This document shows, in pieces, positions 46,301 to 56,600 of a stretch of 64,000 nucleotides of DNA (its first letter is position 1; every line of letters begins with the position of its first letter). The DNA is from a virus. The notes beneath the pieces were generated by a model that saw nothing but the letters and a program-made list of their open reading frames with translations, made no database searches and was not told the DNA's origin. Position numbers and translations under genes: made by a program. Location: IMG/VR virus record IMGVR_UViG_3300014613_000001, positions 1 through 64,000 of that record; one strand, written 5' to 3'.

Positions 46301-46382
46301 CTTCTCTGACATGGAAGCTGAACTTCCGGCCAGCCCCGTGGTAGATTATTACCCAGGGTCCCGGGGCGGAGAAGAGATATGA
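43368..46382 (+). CDS. large virion (tail/baseplate) protein
   Basis: 1004 aa in the baseplate operon; helical ends with a beta-rich middle. Confidence 0.5.
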   Translation: MAYEDDERSAAVQELVQGTLTFPMTGLGTRDLGESYAEVIELVHSALIYDPDTVFYLLYLASRRLRAAVAAEIALCTSLMAAVDDLSMPNRPVEDVSALVSARQSVLALGGALSRRGRVGGPEYERYRGALSRVRKQLQRVVRADYVPRGATSSVRDVVRPWAEARLASSNGFAALVEQHSTVLQQIDWFLVAFQEFQDAGVASSATSRQLVRASAQLNDVYETLEPLSPFERTAVARDALLRVLSNETVVKMLATGMRPGDYRISQSPSAAPMYRMSAYGTGTPASVIGSTCAPYPLYDSGAVAPTNILSFSSLNGSVVVVDLTPAGLSTVPGIQAAELIGCAEGPFHIGIDLDTPPPMLSAKGPYDTRPPLLGGNGGMFHVMVDGEVYEFPLPSNIALTAAATAAALDAAGAPWFKFSDGTATKPPLTFTAPGGTNVLVEYTNATPPQRYRDRCIEITPGFQYCMGLFPWTGGTVPPRSSGWDDNTKLWIKPNDMPTYVEVPLTVGDARTAANIVADIDAAAAIAVEDFEGDTDGNRVVVRSTIEGEGSIVTILSGGLYVAGVKIGLCTPSHLGALTLGLIPSMEDREVDVDIRALMNVLNMDAAFNVEAIATNERNEYLESRRATRTGASSLAIDIATDPTALWPAYTEIKLEIRNGDNRGVYGLTAAPVHAVGVLTFALDRRLRDTTAGLQHIIMVYRERLRVTSLDTSLASEIQCDDPANTARLIFGFDLLVHVGDAGYVLVERDDPVYGWIAQNLQARFIRVGDTIYNGTGTYQTTVSGIGELSDGVIEVSPNVVPSFSLTVAGFSVRSLPQDQYETILAGVETWLDVTLSPYEEGLPSIDRALAPLLLSTPSRSRVDSAYNLVSGLSTRLTALQTTLDAVSMAAVKAATVALSTLLEQGFDRARRLLLDGRYSEFFALTASDASFSRRFQTAVNEVIVSDANVSSYATSRGSSDATRLVSSWSSEIDPQYDFSDMEAELPASPVVDYYPGSRGGEEI

Positions 46383-46708
46383 CGGAGGCGGAGAACAGCA
46401 CCGCGCAGAGCACTGATGAGATCCGCAGGGTTCTTGCTGAGGGCTTTGCGTTCGTTCGGGGCAACGAGGCCACCGAGTCCGTGTCCGCGGCCTCCTTCGA
46501 GGAGTGTCTGGCCCAGGCCATTCAGGAGATAGAGGGTGATGAGAGCTCGATACGTCCCGGGAGATTGACAGCCGTCAGGAGCATGAAGCAGCGCGTCATC
46601 GACACCATAGATCGCGCGCTCGAGATGTCTCCGGACCTATTTGTCATGGTTGACTCCTCGGCCAACACCCGTGCCGATGGCAGTGGTCAAGCCGGAGATG
46701 AGTCGTGA
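46379..46708 (+). CDS. hypothetical protein
   Basis: ATGA-coupled. Confidence 0.5.
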   Translation: MTEAENSTAQSTDEIRRVLAEGFAFVRGNEATESVSAASFEECLAQAIQEIEGDESSIRPGRLTAVRSMKQRVIDTIDRALEMSPDLFVMVDSSANTRADGSGQAGDES

Positions 46709-47358
46709 CGGACCTACAAGTCATCGAGATCAGAGATCTGTTGAAGGTGACGAGCTACGCCTACGTGGCGAATTCGAATCCTCCGTCGATGCTCATCCGT
46801 GGCGTGGACTTCTCCAGCGCTCAAGAGGTTTTCATCAACGAGGCGAAGTCACCGGACGTCGTCGTCACCTCTATGAATGTTCTCCTGGCTCAAATACCTG
46901 AGACGCAGATCAATTCCCCCATTCGTTCTCTGATCATTAGCAGCAGCAGGCTGACACGAACTGATCGGAGTCACATCGTCTTCAGGATTGGAGACACGCC
47001 GAGCACAGTAGACGGCCTCACCCGACTGATCCAGATGTTCCTGAAGCTGATGTTGCAGAGTCCAGGTACCGATATCTTCTCGAAGCTGAGTGGGGGCGGG
47101 ATGCTCGGGGCACTCGGGAAGCTGATGACCAACCCCTCTTCGTCATCTTTGGTGGCGGACTTCAATCTTTCAGTGAGTAGGGCGCGGCAGCAGATTCTCG
47201 CGTTGCAAGCTCGCAACCCTAAGCTGAGTATGTCTGAACGCCTTCTATACGCGAGAGTGATCAGCGCGAAATACAACCCTTCGGAGCTCGCGCTTTACGG
47301 CCAGATCGCCATCGGCAATCAGGTCGGAAAAGGCTCTGTGGTTGGTCTGGGGCTGTAA
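46705..47358 (+). CDS. baseplate wedge gp25-like protein with N-terminal Ig-like segment
   Basis: VDGLTRLIQMFLKLMLQSPGTDIF..GGG resembles gp25-family; lies directly before baseplate J. Confidence 0.5.
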   Translation: MTDLQVIEIRDLLKVTSYAYVANSNPPSMLIRGVDFSSAQEVFINEAKSPDVVVTSMNVLLAQIPETQINSPIRSLIISSSRLTRTDRSHIVFRIGDTPSTVDGLTRLIQMFLKLMLQSPGTDIFSKLSGGGMLGALGKLMTNPSSSSLVADFNLSVSRARQQILALQARNPKLSMSERLLYARVISAKYNPSELALYGQIAIGNQVGKGSVVGLGL

Positions 47359-50300
47359 ATGAGCATCGTGAACTGGAGACTTTTCATTCAAGAGCGCCTA
47401 CGGGCCATGGACCCTTCCATCAATCTGGATGTAGGTTCATCTGCCTCGATTCAGGTCGTGGAGCCCATTGTCGCGCGGCTTACCCCAGATCCGATCGACG
47501 CCAACATCGAGCTGTTCATCCTCACTCGTCTTCGGCAGGAGTTCCCTGAGATGTTCGCCGAAGAGGGCGGGGCGATGTCAGACATGCTCGTCAAGCCGGC
47601 TCGGGTTCTGCTTGAGCCCTTTCGACGTGAGATCAGATCAGTACGGATGCAGCTCTCGCTGAGTGATCCGAATCAGTTGGCGAATGATGAAGCCGACAAG
47701 CTCATGTCGAACTTCTTCTTCGAAAGGAACGCTGGAGGATACGCCAAGGTTCGGGTCAGGATTTTTTACCAGAACGCGGTGAGTCAGACGGTGGGGAGTT
47801 CGAACATCGCCTTCACCGGAACTGGACTTCGGTTTTTCCCGACGCACGCACAGGCGATCACATCTGAGGGGATGCTGTTCAACGTCGATACTTCGGGGCT
47901 CTACTACTTTGACGTTTCATATCAGGCTGAGCGACCTGGGGCGGCGTATAACGTCGCCAAGAATGCCATCATCGGCGTCACAGGGATCTCGGCCGCGACG
48001 AGGGTCACGAACCTGGCCAAGGCCGTCCCAGGAAACAGCACGGAGAGCACGTCGGACTTTATCGCACGCTGCGAGACGTCCATGGGTGAGAAGTCGAACA
48101 ACACGCTCAACGGATTGATCGCGGTCCTAAGGGAGAACTTCTCCAGTCTTCGGGTTCTGCAGGCCATAGGTTTCAACGACGCTGAGATGCACCGTGATGT
48201 GATCGTGGGTGGGAGTTATGGTCCGATTCTCTTCTCGGACACGAAGGGGAATACAGTAGCGGATGGAGCAGCTCCTGTCGGGTACACGCCATATCTCGAC
48301 TTCGGGGGTACGATCAGCTTTACGACGGCGTTCGGGCCAGTCGGAACAGACATCTCGGGCTATGCGATAACGGTCTGGTATGACGATGGGACGGGGATGG
48401 CGCCGCACACGTGGCAGCTTGGCGAAGTCATCAGCGCCATACGGATCACGGTCCATTCGAGTTACACTCGGCTGGAACTTCCTTCGGACGCGATCGTCCA
48501 GGAGCTTTGGTCCATTCGAAAGCGGGATGTCATCACCCTGTCGGACATGCCCGGGGGTCTCCTCTTCCCAGACAACTTGACGTACGAGACTGTCGACGTT
48601 CCCTCTAACGAGATTCATGTAGGGGGTTGTGTAGACGTCTATGTCCGTGGCGGAGAGATCACGGACGCCGTTCTTCCGCTCACCCTGATTTCCGACGACG
48701 ATGTCATAGCGCGACGTGAAGATGCGCAGACGACCGCAGCTGACGATGAGGTTATCCTGAACGACCTCACGGCAGCCGAGTGGGCTCTGGTCGTGGAGGG
48801 TTCGACGACTCTCTATCTCGAGGAGGGCGGTGATGCCGGGCCGTACAGGGTTATCGAGAAGGTTGCTGGAGGCCCACCGTATGCTGTCCGTCTCGCATCC
48901 GCCATGACCGCCCCGGGGGTTGTGACGGACATCTCCTATCTCCTGGTGGACGACATCGACATCGATCTCGTGTCACCTCGGGAGATGCGCTACTCGGGCA
49001 GCGATCTTCAGACAGTGGCCGGACTCGCTACGATACAGACCGTCAGCGGCCTACCCAGCTTCACAGGAGTAGGAGTCGTCGACACCGACCTCGTTCGCAT
49101 CCTGAGCGGGGATGACGAAGGAGAGTACGGCATCTCTGCCGGAGGGGTTGCTGCCGGATCTATCATCCTCGCATCTGGTATGACGACGACTGCTTCTCCT
49201 CTTGCGTACGAGATCTACCGAAAGGAGGATGGCATCAAGCGCCCCCTTCTTCGGGTGAAGACGGTGGAGCTCCTGGACAGCAATCTCGATCCGACCGGCG
49301 CCTTTGTGCCGTACCGCCATCCTATCGACGTACGCAGCAACAGTTTTCAGAACCCCGGGAACGCACCGAAAGCCGGGACCGAAGTGTCGGTCACATCGGA
49401 TTCCTACCTGTCCAGCATAGCTGGCTCAGCTACGTTGACCGCCGTGGATTCCGCGGGTGGTGCCGTGGTTGAAATCGGAGGTCAGCTCTCGTGGTATGCG
49501 CTGGGTGTGCGCACCGGGGATATCATCAATCTGGATAGCTCGGACAATCAGGGGTACTACACGATCGTCGAGGTCGGCGGGAACCCTCTAGCGCTCATTG
49601 CTACTGATCTTCAGTTGATCGTAGACGCAACCATGGAGACTACAGAGACGGCCATCGCGTACACCCTCGGCCCGCCCTCCTATGGTTCTTTCAGGCTGTA
49701 CTTCTTGGATCCGCTGACCTTCGAGGCGACCTATGCTTCCACGCAGATCTCTGTTGAGGTCGGTCTGACTACGCGCGTCTTCCGCCCGGATTCTGGTGTG
49801 TGGTGTGAGTATCTGCCATCGGATACGCGTACCGCTGTGGCGTCAATGACGAGCGGAGGTGCAAGCGCATTCATCGTTCCTTATGATCTTGGGGGCGCGC
49901 CAAACCTCGATATGATGACCTATGGGATTGCGGTCGACGACCGTGTCGAGATCACGTATGCGCCTCTTGTAGGATCTATCGACATCGCCGTGGCCGGTCC
50001 TCTCAACCTGGATGGGCTGTCTGTGTTGATTGATGTTGGTAGCGGTAATGAGACGGTCACGTTCTCGGGGACGGCCTTGGATGCCGGGACCATTGTCTCA
50101 CAGCTGAACTCGGGCCTCAGTAAAGCGGTTGCCTTTGACTACAGCCCATCCGGTTTCCCTGCGGAGCACTATATTGGTTTGCGCGGGGACCATCAGATCA
50201 TTATCAGGAACAACGCGGTTGCTGGTGACGCTACGGCGACAATTTTCGGGCAGAAGGACACGCACAACCCGTGGCTTCCGGCCGCGGGGTTTGCTGGTGC

Positions 50301-51207
50301 TGATGTAGATAATGACTCTCCTGAGAAAGGGTTTTATCTCGTAAACTCGTGCGCGGCATTTCCAACGGGGGGCATCGAGCTGCTCATGATGAACGGAGGA
50401 CTGTGGGCTGCCGATAACCCCCCGACCTGGACAGGGAACGTTGTGGCCGAGCTCGGGCATTACTTCCACATCTCGAGGCCGGGGTTACAACGAATGAGCT
50501 CAACGGAGATGCTCGACCAGGGAGTTGACGAGCACGGGTTCTACTACTTCGATGTCGAGTGCATCTCTCAAGGTCACGGCAACGCTTGGAATATCGTTGG
50601 CGAAGTTCAGGGTGTGATCACTGGCTATGATTCTGAGGGGTGGGACATCACGACAGATGATGACGACACCTCTTACTCGACCGTTGAAGAGTGCACGCTA
50701 CACATCACTCCCCGGGTGCTCATAGCAGGTGTCGAAGACGACCCAGAAGAGAAGGAGGAGCTGACCGGCCGTAGCATTCAGATTGCATATGAGCATGATC
50801 CGATCACGGAGCAGATCCAGACTTTCTTGCTTGAGCCACAGTACAGGATCCTGGTCTCGAGTCCGCTTGTCCGGTCTCTGCTGCCAGTGTTCGTCCGGAC
50901 GCACATCGAGTACAGAGGTGGCGGCACCGAGTCTTCGGTGCGTAGTGAGCTGGCAGCCGAGATCGAGTCAATCCTCCCGAGCGCGATGCTCGAGGTCGAC
51001 ACCTTGGTGGGCCTGATCCGGGCTACCGGTTCAACGAAGATCACTCACCCAGTGACACTCGTCGGGATCTCACACCAGCGGGACAGGACGATCACAACAG
51101 AGAGGTCGGTCGATCAGATTTCGAATGCGCGCCTGTCGGCGCTTATCCCAGATGATGCGGACACACCCGAAGGCGCCAGCCATATTCAGCTCACCCGGAC
51201 TTCGTAG
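47359..51207 (+). CDS. expanded baseplate J-like wedge protein
   Basis: YQAERPGAAYNV..N.I.G...VTN...PGNSTESTSDFIAR matches the Baseplate_J core; 1282 aa. Confidence 0.7.
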   Translation: MSIVNWRLFIQERLRAMDPSINLDVGSSASIQVVEPIVARLTPDPIDANIELFILTRLRQEFPEMFAEEGGAMSDMLVKPARVLLEPFRREIRSVRMQLSLSDPNQLANDEADKLMSNFFFERNAGGYAKVRVRIFYQNAVSQTVGSSNIAFTGTGLRFFPTHAQAITSEGMLFNVDTSGLYYFDVSYQAERPGAAYNVAKNAIIGVTGISAATRVTNLAKAVPGNSTESTSDFIARCETSMGEKSNNTLNGLIAVLRENFSSLRVLQAIGFNDAEMHRDVIVGGSYGPILFSDTKGNTVADGAAPVGYTPYLDFGGTISFTTAFGPVGTDISGYAITVWYDDGTGMAPHTWQLGEVISAIRITVHSSYTRLELPSDAIVQELWSIRKRDVITLSDMPGGLLFPDNLTYETVDVPSNEIHVGGCVDVYVRGGEITDAVLPLTLISDDDVIARREDAQTTAADDEVILNDLTAAEWALVVEGSTTLYLEEGGDAGPYRVIEKVAGGPPYAVRLASAMTAPGVVTDISYLLVDDIDIDLVSPREMRYSGSDLQTVAGLATIQTVSGLPSFTGVGVVDTDLVRILSGDDEGEYGISAGGVAAGSIILASGMTTTASPLAYEIYRKEDGIKRPLLRVKTVELLDSNLDPTGAFVPYRHPIDVRSNSFQNPGNAPKAGTEVSVTSDSYLSSIAGSATLTAVDSAGGAVVEIGGQLSWYALGVRTGDIINLDSSDNQGYYTIVEVGGNPLALIATDLQLIVDATMETTETAIAYTLGPPSYGSFRLYFLDPLTFEATYASTQISVEVGLTTRVFRPDSGVWCEYLPSDTRTAVASMTSGGASAFIVPYDLGGAPNLDMMTYGIAVDDRVEITYAPLVGSIDIAVAGPLNLDGLSVLIDVGSGNETVTFSGTALDAGTIVSQLNSGLSKAVAFDYSPSGFPAEHYIGLRGDHQIIIRNNAVAGDATATIFGQKDTHNPWLPAAGFAGADVDNDSPEKGFYLVNSCAAFPTGGIELLMMNGGLWAADNPPTWTGNVVAELGHYFHISRPGLQRMSSTEMLDQGVDEHGFYYFDVECISQGHGNAWNIVGEVQGVITGYDSEGWDITTDDDDTSYSTVEECTLHITPRVLIAGVEDDPEEKEELTGRSIQIAYEHDPITEQIQTFLLEPQYRILVSSPLVRSLLPVFVRTHIEYRGGGTESSVRSELAAEIESILPSAMLEVDTLVGLIRATGSTKITHPVTLVGISHQRDRTITTERSVDQISNARLSALIPDDADTPEGASHIQLTRTS

Positions 51208-51511
51208 CATCAATATGGAACGGAATCTCAGGGACGAGGCGACCACGATTTCCCATTTCGATGATCATATCGTTGCAGAACGGATCATAGAGGCATTCGC
51301 ACTCGTTGCACCGGAGAAGGTATCGGGGAATCGGTCGATTGGTGGTGAGGATGCGCTGGATGTCGGCCTCTTTTCGAGGTATCCCCTCGCACCGTGGGCA
51401 GACAGAGGAGTCGTAGATCTCAGCGTCTGCCGCCACCAAGCCAGTCAGCACGTCCTTTTGACCCTCGATGAGCTTTGCGCGATCACTGGCCTTCATCTCC
51501 TTGAAGTACAT
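51191..51511 (-). CDS. small zinc-finger protein, antisense in the structural operon
   Basis: CPRC...CNEC; fills the gap between two plus-strand genes. Confidence 0.55.
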   Translation of the reverse strand: MYFKEMKASDRAKLIEGQKDVLTGLVAADAEIYDSSVCPRCEGIPRKEADIQRILTTNRPIPRYLLRCNECECLYDPFCNDMIIEMGNRGRLVPEIPFHIDATKSG

Positions 51512-51545
51512 GAGGAGAGTATACTAGGATTCTGAGGAGGTTGCC

Positions 51546-53609
51546 GTGCCCTTTCCGACCACAGACTGGCCTGCCGCGCTAGACGGCGTTCAGATAAGGA
51601 CTGATTTCGTCGACCTCGTCGACGACGATGATTTCAACTATCCTGACGCACAGGTACGTCGCGTTCAGACGTGGCTTGGGATCACAGGGGAGCTCCTGGG
51701 CGATGGTATCGCGGGTGAGGGGCCTGGGGGGATGGTGAGCCCTGTTGCCGACGGTGGAGCGGCCATCGGATTCCAATTTGCCGTTCGTGCTCCATACGCG
51801 CTTGGAGATCTTCTGAGTGTCGGCGACGCCTACGATACCGCTTACACCGAAAAGATGCGGTTAGACAACGCCGGCGGGCTATGGGTTCTCGGAGGTCTGC
51901 AGCTCGGCGTCACGGTAGCCGTGACAGACATCCTTGACGAAGACCTCATGACGTCTGACTCAGCTGTCGCGCTCGCTACCCAGCAGTCCATCAAAGCGTA
52001 TGTGGATAATTCGGGATGGGTTGAGCAGGATGTCTACTACGTGGGGAAGCACGGTTCAGCCCTGAACACCGGGCTGTCAATTGACGAGGCGTTCCTGCTC
52101 ATCAACGACGCCATCGCGGCGGCCGCGGTGTCCGGTAACCCATCGACGGTTTTGGTCTATCCAGGGGTGTACGCGGAACAGGTGCTCATGGCGTCTCCTG
52201 ATATTTCGCTTGTCGGGATTGGATCACCAGGGGATGTGGTGGTCAGCCAGATAGCGAACCCCTCGTTGAGTTTAGGCGCGTCTGATATATCCATCAGAAA
52301 TATCACCTTTGAGAATACATCTGCCGGTGTCGCCAATGCGTGCGATATAACTGTATCACCGCTGGTTGGTGTTCGCATTGCGAACTGCCGATTCGTTTGC
52401 ACCAACGCCGTAGCTATTGCTTGTATGGACTTGTCAGCGGGGACTATCGAGGCTTGGATCGACTCGTGTGAGTTCCTGCAGACTACCACAACACAGAAAG
52501 CGTTCTCGGGTGCTGGTGCTGGATCTGACATTCGGTTTACCAATCCGATATTCCGTGGTCAGGTAGAGTTTGCAGCTGTCGACTTCGATATGGTCGGCGG
52601 AGATGTTATATCGGCGAATATGACGTCGGCGGTGTACATAGGTGCTCCGGGCGGTGCAACTCGTAACGAGTTCCGAGATTGTCGTATGCAATGTACCGGG
52701 GGTACTGGGACCGCGATTTATTACACTTCAGCAACGGCTCCTATCACAGTTCTTGGTGGTCACCTCCAGGGGGCGGCGGCGAGCTATGATATTGATGGCG
52801 GTGCTGTAAACAGTGTTATCAAAGTTTCCGGTGTCAAGATGGACGTTGGCATGTCAGCCAATGTCGATCTCGTGGGCCAAGATCGTCGTGTCGGAGCTTC
52901 CGGCGATATCGACATATACAAAAGTCTTCTCATCGCGATGACGTCGGTCCCTAGCGGATCAGAAGGCGTAGTTCGCCTCATACGGTCACAGACCGTGACG
53001 ACTCTCATGGCCCAGACAACCGGATCTACGGTGCGTGTAATTGGGGATGGGTATACCGTTACCCGGGTCGGTAGCCCGCCATTTTGCACGAACACCAACA
53101 GTTTTCTTGAGGTGCTCAATACAAAGATCGTGGGCGGGGTATTGATCGCGCACAACGGAGCTACGGGCCGTTTCATTGATTGTGATCTAACAGATGGATA
53201 TGTTCGCATAAGCGCGGGGTCGGCAACAACAAAATTGATCCTAATACGCGGAACGTACCAGGGCGGTGTCGGTCTCGCGGCGCTATCTATACAGGACGGT
53301 GACCCGACAATCATAATCAAAGACGCGTGGTTGCGTGGCTCGGCGGGAAATCCAGCGATAATATACACAGTCATCAATGATAATCTGAAGATGGAACGGT
53401 GTACGTTGGTACACGGAAACGGTGTTGGCAGTAACCCGATAACGGATAGCGGTGCTGCCACAGCGTACAGTAGCTACCTATGCGTGAGTCATGACGTGTT
53501 CGACTTGAATTCGGGAGCGTGGCCCTGTGCGTTGACGAACAATGCGGCAGTGAGTGGCAACATCATCACAGGCAATACTCTGTCGGTTGACTTCGGCACT
53601 CAGATGTAG
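51546..53609 (+). CDS. tail fibre/spike with pectin-lyase-like beta-helix
   Basis: YYVGKHG...LSIDEAF..I..AI, VLVYPGVYAEQV, then short beta-strand repeats. Confidence 0.65.
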   Translation: MPFPTTDWPAALDGVQIRTDFVDLVDDDDFNYPDAQVRRVQTWLGITGELLGDGIAGEGPGGMVSPVADGGAAIGFQFAVRAPYALGDLLSVGDAYDTAYTEKMRLDNAGGLWVLGGLQLGVTVAVTDILDEDLMTSDSAVALATQQSIKAYVDNSGWVEQDVYYVGKHGSALNTGLSIDEAFLLINDAIAAAAVSGNPSTVLVYPGVYAEQVLMASPDISLVGIGSPGDVVVSQIANPSLSLGASDISIRNITFENTSAGVANACDITVSPLVGVRIANCRFVCTNAVAIACMDLSAGTIEAWIDSCEFLQTTTTQKAFSGAGAGSDIRFTNPIFRGQVEFAAVDFDMVGGDVISANMTSAVYIGAPGGATRNEFRDCRMQCTGGTGTAIYYTSATAPITVLGGHLQGAAASYDIDGGAVNSVIKVSGVKMDVGMSANVDLVGQDRRVGASGDIDIYKSLLIAMTSVPSGSEGVVRLIRSQTVTTLMAQTTGSTVRVIGDGYTVTRVGSPPFCTNTNSFLEVLNTKIVGGVLIAHNGATGRFIDCDLTDGYVRISAGSATTKLILIRGTYQGGVGLAALSIQDGDPTIIIKDAWLRGSAGNPAIIYTVINDNLKMERCTLVHGNGVGSNPITDSGAATAYSSYLCVSHDVFDLNSGAWPCALTNNAAVSGNIITGNTLSVDFGTQM

Positions 53610-53626
53610 GCTCGGAGGATCCTCTA

Positions 53627-56600
53627 ATGGGTACATACGGACTGTTTCTTTACGGAGGGGGGCACTACGGTACTTCTACGCTTCCTGTGTCCGTTCCCTG
53701 GGATATCTTCGATTTTTGCGAACCAACCGACGCGACCATGTTGCTGCTTCTCAGCTTTCCGGAGGTCACGGCAGCTCGATTCGGAGGTGTGTTCTCCTGG
53801 TTCAACGTCTCGAACGACTACTGTATGTACAGCGACGACGGTGTGGATTCGGGGATCAGGATTGACTTGTCTATCCCGAGCAACACCTACAGCCTTCAGT
53901 TCTCGATCCTCCCGACCTCTCTTCCTGATGATTTCTCGGCGCTCGCAACGAATCGTGTGTTCTTCGGGCTCTTCAACCCGTTCGGCGGAACAATCGGTCT
54001 CTATCTTTCGGAGAATGGCGGTATCGCACTTGGCGATGGAAGCGGCACCTGTACGGCGTTTGTGGACTCTGCGGACATCTTCAATGAGGGGTTGGACTAC
54101 TACACCTTCCGTGTGACGGTAAGCGAGGCTGACGGGCGCGCGAACCTGTACGTGACACGGCAGGATGTGTTGGCTTCTACGGGTGTCCACGAGCTCCGAT
54201 ACACCTTCAACCCGCTCGCTACACCAGGGGGTGAATCCGACAACATCCGTATCGAGATCGTCGGTACAGTTGCTGATCCGGCTGAGATCTGCCTCGATTG
54301 CTTCCGCTTTTCCTCTGCTGAGGTCATTTCCGGCACACGCCGGCCGGTTGCAGTCATTGATGACGATCAGGCTCGAACTCTCAATCAGTACGGTTACTTT
54401 GATGGTCGGGGCAGCTATGATCCGGACACGCCGCCGCAGCCTCTCACCTACAACTGGACGCTCGAGGACGCCCCAGAGAGTTCGAGCCTGTGGCTCACTG
54501 GCGCCGGGACGACTCCAGTCGACGTAAGCGGTTACACGAACATCATCAACGGCGCCGCCGGTGTCTTCGATTCGGTGGTCGAGGGCGATCTTGCGGTGGG
54601 TGATGTCGGATCCTCACCTGTGATGCGCGTGGCCTCTGACGGGAGCTGGATAGCGCTGGTCAATGACGTCATGGCGGCTAACACCACCGTGACGTGGAGG
54701 ATCTTGCAGCAATCGTGCTGGGGCGGGGCTCGGATCACCGGTCTCGTGATGGAGGACGTGCTCGATAGGCTGAATGTTCCGCCCGGGATGCCGACGGCAG
54801 CGGATGCCTACCTTGTGATAGCGGTGGCGGCAGGTCTGTGGGCCGGACACGAGGGGGAGATCGCTACCTGGAGCGGGGCTGCGTGGGTGTTCACGACTCC
54901 TGCGGTCGGGCAGATGGTCTTCGTCATCTCCGAGCTCGAGTCCTACAGAACAGACGGTGGAGCTCCGGCTCTGTGGTACGTGTCGGACCCCTATCCGTGG
55001 GAGCTCGACTACTGGGAGGGCCGCAGTCTCTCCGTAGGCGTCATCCTCGGAGATATCATCGGTCTGTACACCGTGTCGTTGGTTGTCAGCGATTCTGTGC
55101 GGATCAGTATCCCAGCCGAAGCGCTGCTGAACCTCTACCAGAACAACATTCCGCTCGGTCTGACACCCGATCTGAGCTTCATTTGGGGCTATCTCTCGGA
55201 TTTTTGGCCGTTGGTGGAGAATCGAGAGCGGGTGACGACGGTGTGGTCGGCGATAGCTCAGCTGGGAGCGGATGAGCTCATGAAGCTGTGGCAGAACGAC
55301 TACAGCAAGAGCATCATGGACATCCAGCGCCTGTTCCAGCGCCGGTGGTTGAACTTCGATCCCTGGTACGAAGAGCCGGCGTACGATACTGACCCGGCTA
55401 CGATCGAGAATGCTGTCGTAGATGGTGGGTACGCGTCGATCCCGACACCTGTGCCTGTTGTTGGTGATCTCGCCGTAGATGCTGAACATACCTACGTGCT
55501 GGATGCCGGGGATATGCCGTCCGGAGTGACGAGTGTGCACTATCTCGTCCTTGACGGGATCGCGTACCGCATTGCACGAACGAGAGGCGACAGTGTCATC
55601 ACGTCGGATGTGTTGTCGACCACGGACCGCTCAAATCACTGGATGGTCAAGCCGTCTGTGACGTCGAAGACGCTGAATTTCAGCAGCCTTGGCGTGGCCG
55701 CTGGCGATTCCGCTGTTTTTGAGATCAGGTACGACGGAGACACGGTTGAGGAGATCCCGACGTATATCTGGGGCGTCCGTGGTTCGACGCTCATCTTTGA
55801 GGATCGACTCGTCTCGGCATACATCTCTGATGACGACTATGAGATTTATTTCAAGGGGGTACTGCGCCGAAGTGTGCTGGCTGTGGACGACCTCGTCGTG
55901 GGTGTCCCGCGACTCCAAGAGGTCATCAACATCAATGGCGTCGACGGCGCGCCGGCCGCTCTTATCGAAGGGAACGATTTTCGTGTTGAGGTGGTGACGA
56001 CGATCGAGGAGGTTGAGGTCAACACCATTCAGATGCTGGACACGTGGTTTCCAGTCGTGATGCGCGGATACGCGGGCGCCACGATCAACCCGAATCACGA
56101 GTACTTCGATGACGCGACGGTGGACTTCGAAGTCGAGTTCGGTGTCGGAGCTGATCTGCGCGGGTATGTCCTCGAGCTCTCCGGCGTGAGCTATCGGTTG
56201 TACCAGGTCGTCAGCGCTACTCGGATAGAGCTCGAGGATTCAGCGTTGCAGACGGTTCCGGCGCTGGCTGGTGAGCGGTGGAAGATCAGGAGTATCAGCG
56301 ATCCACCGGATGTTCTGTGGGCCGAGGTCACGTACCTGGATAACCGCCCAGCGATCGAGACTTTCGGGAAGCTGGTCGGCTTCACTCTCGATGATCTTGA
56401 GGCACGGACCGGCGATCTCGACTATCTCTCAGCAGTGCAGGGGCTCTGGTACTACGTGTGGGGTGCGAGGACCCTCTACAGGACCCGTGTGGGGAGCCAG
56501 ATCATCCTTGGTCTGCCGTTCGCAGAGTCGGCCGGCACCATCACAGAGATTCGTGATCCTTTTGACGCCACACGGTCTCGTATTGTGATCCAGGATACAG

